Below are positions 60,843-64,000 of a stretch of DNA of 64,000 nucleotides, piece by piece. Position numbers and translations under genes: made by a program. The notes beneath the pieces were generated by a model. The model did not search any database. It saw only the letters and a program-made list of their open reading frames with translations, and was not told the origin of the DNA. Source of the stretch: Selaginella moellendorffii (Eukaryota > Plantae > Lycopodiophyta); NCBI RefSeq assembly GCF_000143415.4, contig NW_003314287.1, forward strand, positions 1,509,514-1,573,513, read 5' to 3'. The first letter of the stretch is position 1; the number at the start of each line of letters is the position of its first letter.

Positions 60843-61383
60843 TTAGGTATCAGGTGGCTGAGAGGCATTTGCCTGGAAAACCTCCAAAGAAACACAATCC
60901 AAATGAAGCGTCTTTAGCTTGACTAGTGGTGTTAGCAGTGGTGTTAGGCTCATCTTCTCTTCCAGCATAAAGGTGTAGTCCTGTGATTGCTGGTGTGAGC
61001 TTGCACACATTAATCAGCTCATCCTGGCTCCATGTATAACAAATATTTGTAGTCTGTCCACACCGTTTGTTGGTTAAGTTTCTGGTTGGACTACAACTTC
61101 TGTGGTAGCAAATTGTGAAGGGCATGTTTTCCTTGTACCACCTATTTGCTCCAGTAGCTCTCTCTTGACACGGAGACACGACTGAGATAAAGTAGCAGCA
61201 GATCACACAAAGCACGCCAACCCAGGTAGTCCGCCTTAAACGTCCAGTGAGCCACGTCTTTGCAGTCAAGCCTTCAGACTCGAGCATCCCGAAGCAAAAC
61301 CACGAGGAGTGATATTGGGACATTCACCCAGAAATGGATCGTCGCTCTGTAGCGACAGCTCCATCTCACGTCCCTCTTCTCAT
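60843..61383 (-). pseudogene. Decayed F-box/LRR paralog (copy 3)
   Basis: Broken reading MRRGT*DGAV ~ MRRSVELDDGAL; GCSSLKA ~ GCLKTLKV; AHWTFKADYL ~ GHWLMWADSL; WSQDELINVCKLTPAITGLHL ~ WALENVANVFQFTPMVTVLHL; after a frameshift LLTPLVKLKTLHLDC ~ FLAPLINLKRIHFYG. Confidence 0.7.
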
Positions 61384-61466
61384 CGTGCCGCATGCTCGCA
61401 TGCTCTCAACCAGTTGACGTATGGATGAGTTCCCACAACGGAGGACTGCTAGTGAGTATCCTGTGA

Positions 61467-62030
61467 TCAAAGTAGCTTTCTAGAAGCACAGTCCAAGTGG
61501 ACTGCCTTTAGCCTGAGCAATGGAGCGATCACAAGATCAGGACTCATCTGAGCTTGCGGCAGAGTTTTGTCACCCTGGGTGATCATCTCATCAGGTTCCA
61601 GTCTCCACAAATCCTCAGCAGTTAGGACTACAGAAGGCAAGAAAGTGCAAATCACCACAGATTCTCACTTTTCCAACTTCCAACATAATGGGCGAGCAAA
61701 CAGATTCTCACGCTTCTCACTTCCAACATAAGAATGCTCAACCTCAGGGCTTCCACAATCACTCACTCATACAAACACTACGATTTCAAGGCTTGCGCTT
61801 GACAAGGGTGTGAGTGTAACCACTGAGAATTCTGCTGATAGAGGGCATGCTGCCAAGAGAGTGCCTTGAGAAGCGAAGTCGAGACACCAGTGTCACGAAA
61901 CTCGAGAGTCCGGAGGTTCTTGACCAGCGGCGGTTGACCCATCAAAGCTCTGTAGAAGCCGAACCGGAGCTCTTGCCATCGCTTGAGCTCCATACCACGC
62001 ATTCTGTTCAAAAGGTGGTGGCTCCGTTTC
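61467..62030 (-). pseudogene. Decayed F-box/LRR paralog (copy 2)
   Basis: KRWQELRF ~ KRWQELRW (DNA agctcttgccatcgcttg vs agctcctgccatcgcttg); NLRTLEFRDTGVSTSLLKAL ~ SLRYCRFSKAINVTNLLLEAL; VIAPLLRLKAVHLDC ~ FLAPLINLKRIHF. Confidence 0.65.
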
Positions 62031-62086
62031 CTGCAAACCAGGGCAATTAGAACAAGACAGTTGACAAGAACAAAACTTGTCACCTT

Positions 62087-63398
62087 TTAGCACTTGAGTG
62101 TGACTCGGCTTGGATAGAAGAGTAACAGGTCGAATAGAACTCGCCAGCATTCGTAGTTCTCCTTGACGGACTTCGTTTCGTGGTCTGCCATCTCCTTGCA
62201 ATGTACCACCAGACTCGGGATTTTATGAACTTCAAGAAAAGCCTTGAACAAGCTGATATCAGGCGCCGCATAGCGGAAGTCCAAGTCCGCCCAGAGATGG
62301 ACATGGAGCGCCTCTAATCTCATGTCTCCTCCTACAAACGACTGCAAGAGCCAAGGGAATCATAAAAAGAAGGAAAAGGGAAAGAAAAATGAAGCATACC
62401 ATCATAGCCAGGCCATAGAAATGGATCCTCTTCAAGTTGATGAGTGGAGCCAGGAAATTGTCAATCCTTGTCTTTCCAGTGCTCCTCAGCCCAAGGTGGA
62501 GCACCGTGACCATGGGCGTGAACTGGAACACGTTCGCAACATTCTCCAGCGCCCAGTTTCCAGTTATCCTCAAGCTTTGCAGCAAATCACACCGGTTCTC
62601 GAGCTCGCAGGAGGAGAAGAGCTCCAGCGAGCTCAAGTTCTTCGATAGGAAATGGATGCTCAGCCTGGCGCTTCTCGAGGGAAGGTTGCCAAACACAAAG
62701 CTGGCCAGCCTTGGCGCGTTGAGAACCACCTTGAACGCATCGCCATCCCTCCAGCAGCCGAAAAGCCTGAGAGTTCTCAAGCTGGCGCTCGAGACCGTGA
62801 GAGCTGGCCTGGAAACGTCCCCAAAGAAGTCGACGCTCAGATTCTCCAGAGCCGGGGACGCTGCGAGGAGCGCCTCGAGCAGCAAATTCGTCACGTTGAT
62901 CGCCTTGGAGAATCGGCAGTAGCGCAAGCTCTGGAAGGGAGATTCATCCACCACCGGCAGCAAGTTCTTGCTGTAAAACCTCCCGACTATCTGGACGCCC
63001 CGGAGAGTGTCCAAGCGCAGCACCGAATTCCATACAGCCGGCCCCCAGCGCAGAGAAACGGTGGCCTCGAGCCAAAGAGCAGTGAGGGAATCGGCCCACA
63101 TAAGCCAGTGCCCGGTAGCTTCGGACGGCTCATCGCACCTGAGAGAGACCTTGAGCGTCTTGAGGCATCCGGGAGCTCTGTTCTTGGTGCGGCGGAGCAC
63201 AGCGGCGATGACGTCTTCCTTCTCCCTCACCTCCTCCTTGCTGCGAGCCCTAAAATCGAAATGCAAGCCTGTGACAGCCCAGCGCAGCTCCTGCCATCGC
63301 TTGCACACCAGCGAGCACTGCGCAATCCGCCGCGCATCCGCGACCCTGGACAAGATTTCGACGAGCGCGCCATCGTCCAGCTCCACGCTTCGCCGCAT
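62087..63398 (-). CDS. F-box/LRR-repeat protein, 2 coding exons
   Basis: F-box LDDGALVEILSRV...CSLVCKRWQEL, LRR-like LENLSV/LRTLRL/APRLASF; phase-0 intron GLAMM|SFVGG... to VTLKC* (TAA 62087). Confidence 0.85.
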
Positions 63399-63434
63399 TT
63401 CCTTCCCAAAAGAAAAAGTAAAACGACTCCAACC

Positions 63435-63443
63435 AAAAAAAAA
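63435..63443 (-). terminator. Pol III oligo-T terminator of tRNA-Asn
   Basis: T9 run on minus strand about 16 nt after the tRNA 3' end. Confidence 0.7.
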
Positions 63444-63459
63444 GGATCAATTTATACTT

Positions 63460-63533
63460 CGCTAGAAGGAGGGCTCGAACCTCCGACCTTGTGGTTAACA
63501 GCCACACGCTCTGACCAACTGAGCTACTCCAGC
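63460..63533 (-). tRNA. trnN-GTT: tRNA-Asn (GTT)
   Basis: GCTGGAGTAGCTCAGTTGGTCAGAGCGTGTGGCTGTTAACCACAAGGTCGGAGGTTCGAGCCCTCCTTCTAGCG; A/B boxes, cloverleaf, upstream TA-rich box and CAA. Confidence 0.97.
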
Positions 63534-63682
63534 TTTTTGTGACATCCCCTACAACCATTTAAAATTTAAATTTCTCTCAACCTTCACAAAGTTTAAATGG
63601 TCATAATCTTTAAAAATTCTACGAGTAAAACCTTATTGTGATCATTTCTTTTGCTATGGTACAAAATAAACATATGGGTTGA

Positions 63683-64000
63683 TCATAGGTAGATTGCTCC
63701 TGCGACTCCCACTGCCGGGCCGATAAACGTTGTTGGAAGCAAAACGTCCACAAAGCATCCCAGCGGGCCACCGATGAACGGGACTTTCTTGACGACGCTC
63801 TTGGCCATATGGACGAGCATGACGCCGCCCAGCATGAACAGTCCCAGCCTCTTGCCTCGATCCAAAGCTACCCGCTTGATCAGCCGCCGGGCCAGCTGCT
63901 CGAATCTGTCGATGTCGATTGGCACGTCCACGATCTCTGGCGAAGTGTCGTACTCGAGGATCGCTTCCAGGTCCTCCTGCTCCACCGGCCGGAAGAGAAG
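63683..64000 (-). CDS. 3' end of an uncharacterised protein with hydrophobic C-terminus (start outside window)
   Basis: Open frame from the window edge: ..EQEDLEAILEYD...RFEQLARRLIKRVA...GLFMLGGVMLVH...GPAVGVAGAIYL*; GC3-rich codon usage. Confidence 0.65.
   Translation of the reverse strand, partial: LLFRPVEQEDLEAILEYDTSPEIVDVPIDIDRFEQLARRLIKRVALDRGKRLGLFMLGGVMLVHMAKSVVKKVPFIGGPLGCFVDVLLPTTFIGPAVGVAGAIYL

Overview
Gene-dense eukaryotic plant nuclear DNA. Very short introns (about 50-70 nt), tiny intergenic spaces and PLS-PPR genes suggest a lycophyte such as Selaginella (inference). Genes in order: a PLS/E/DYW-type PPR (-, runs off the left edge), DEAD-box helicase RH7 (-), a small HTH protein (-), PATROL1/UNC-13-like (+), CYSTM (+), PDRG1 prefoldin (+), an intronless Ser/Thr kinase (-), TIFY/JAZ (+), a Kelch/coiled-coil ACBP4-like protein (+), a plastid SAM methyltransferase (-), an At2g16250-type LRR-RLK (+), GFT1/GONST4 (-), CBSX5-like (+), midasin MDN1 (-, about 19.7 kb), rhodanese STR14 (+), a long PIN (+), a second PLS-PPR (+), an F-box/LRR gene (-), tRNA-Asn(GTT) (-) and the 3' end of an unknown gene (-). 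Decayed tandem copies of the PPR and F-box genes are also visible. Most interesting: two dense arrays of P1BS (PHR1 phosphate-starvation) motifs in front of CBSX5/GFT1 and CYSTM; a possible 12-nt alternative GT/GC donor in PIN that parallels Arabidopsis PIN7a/b; a JAZ lacking the PY motif with an AUG-stop minimal uORF; a tRNA 61 nt upstream of the F-box start codon; and an NSL1/PEHE-like motif on the HTH protein. Exon boundaries were read by eye and no database searches were run.
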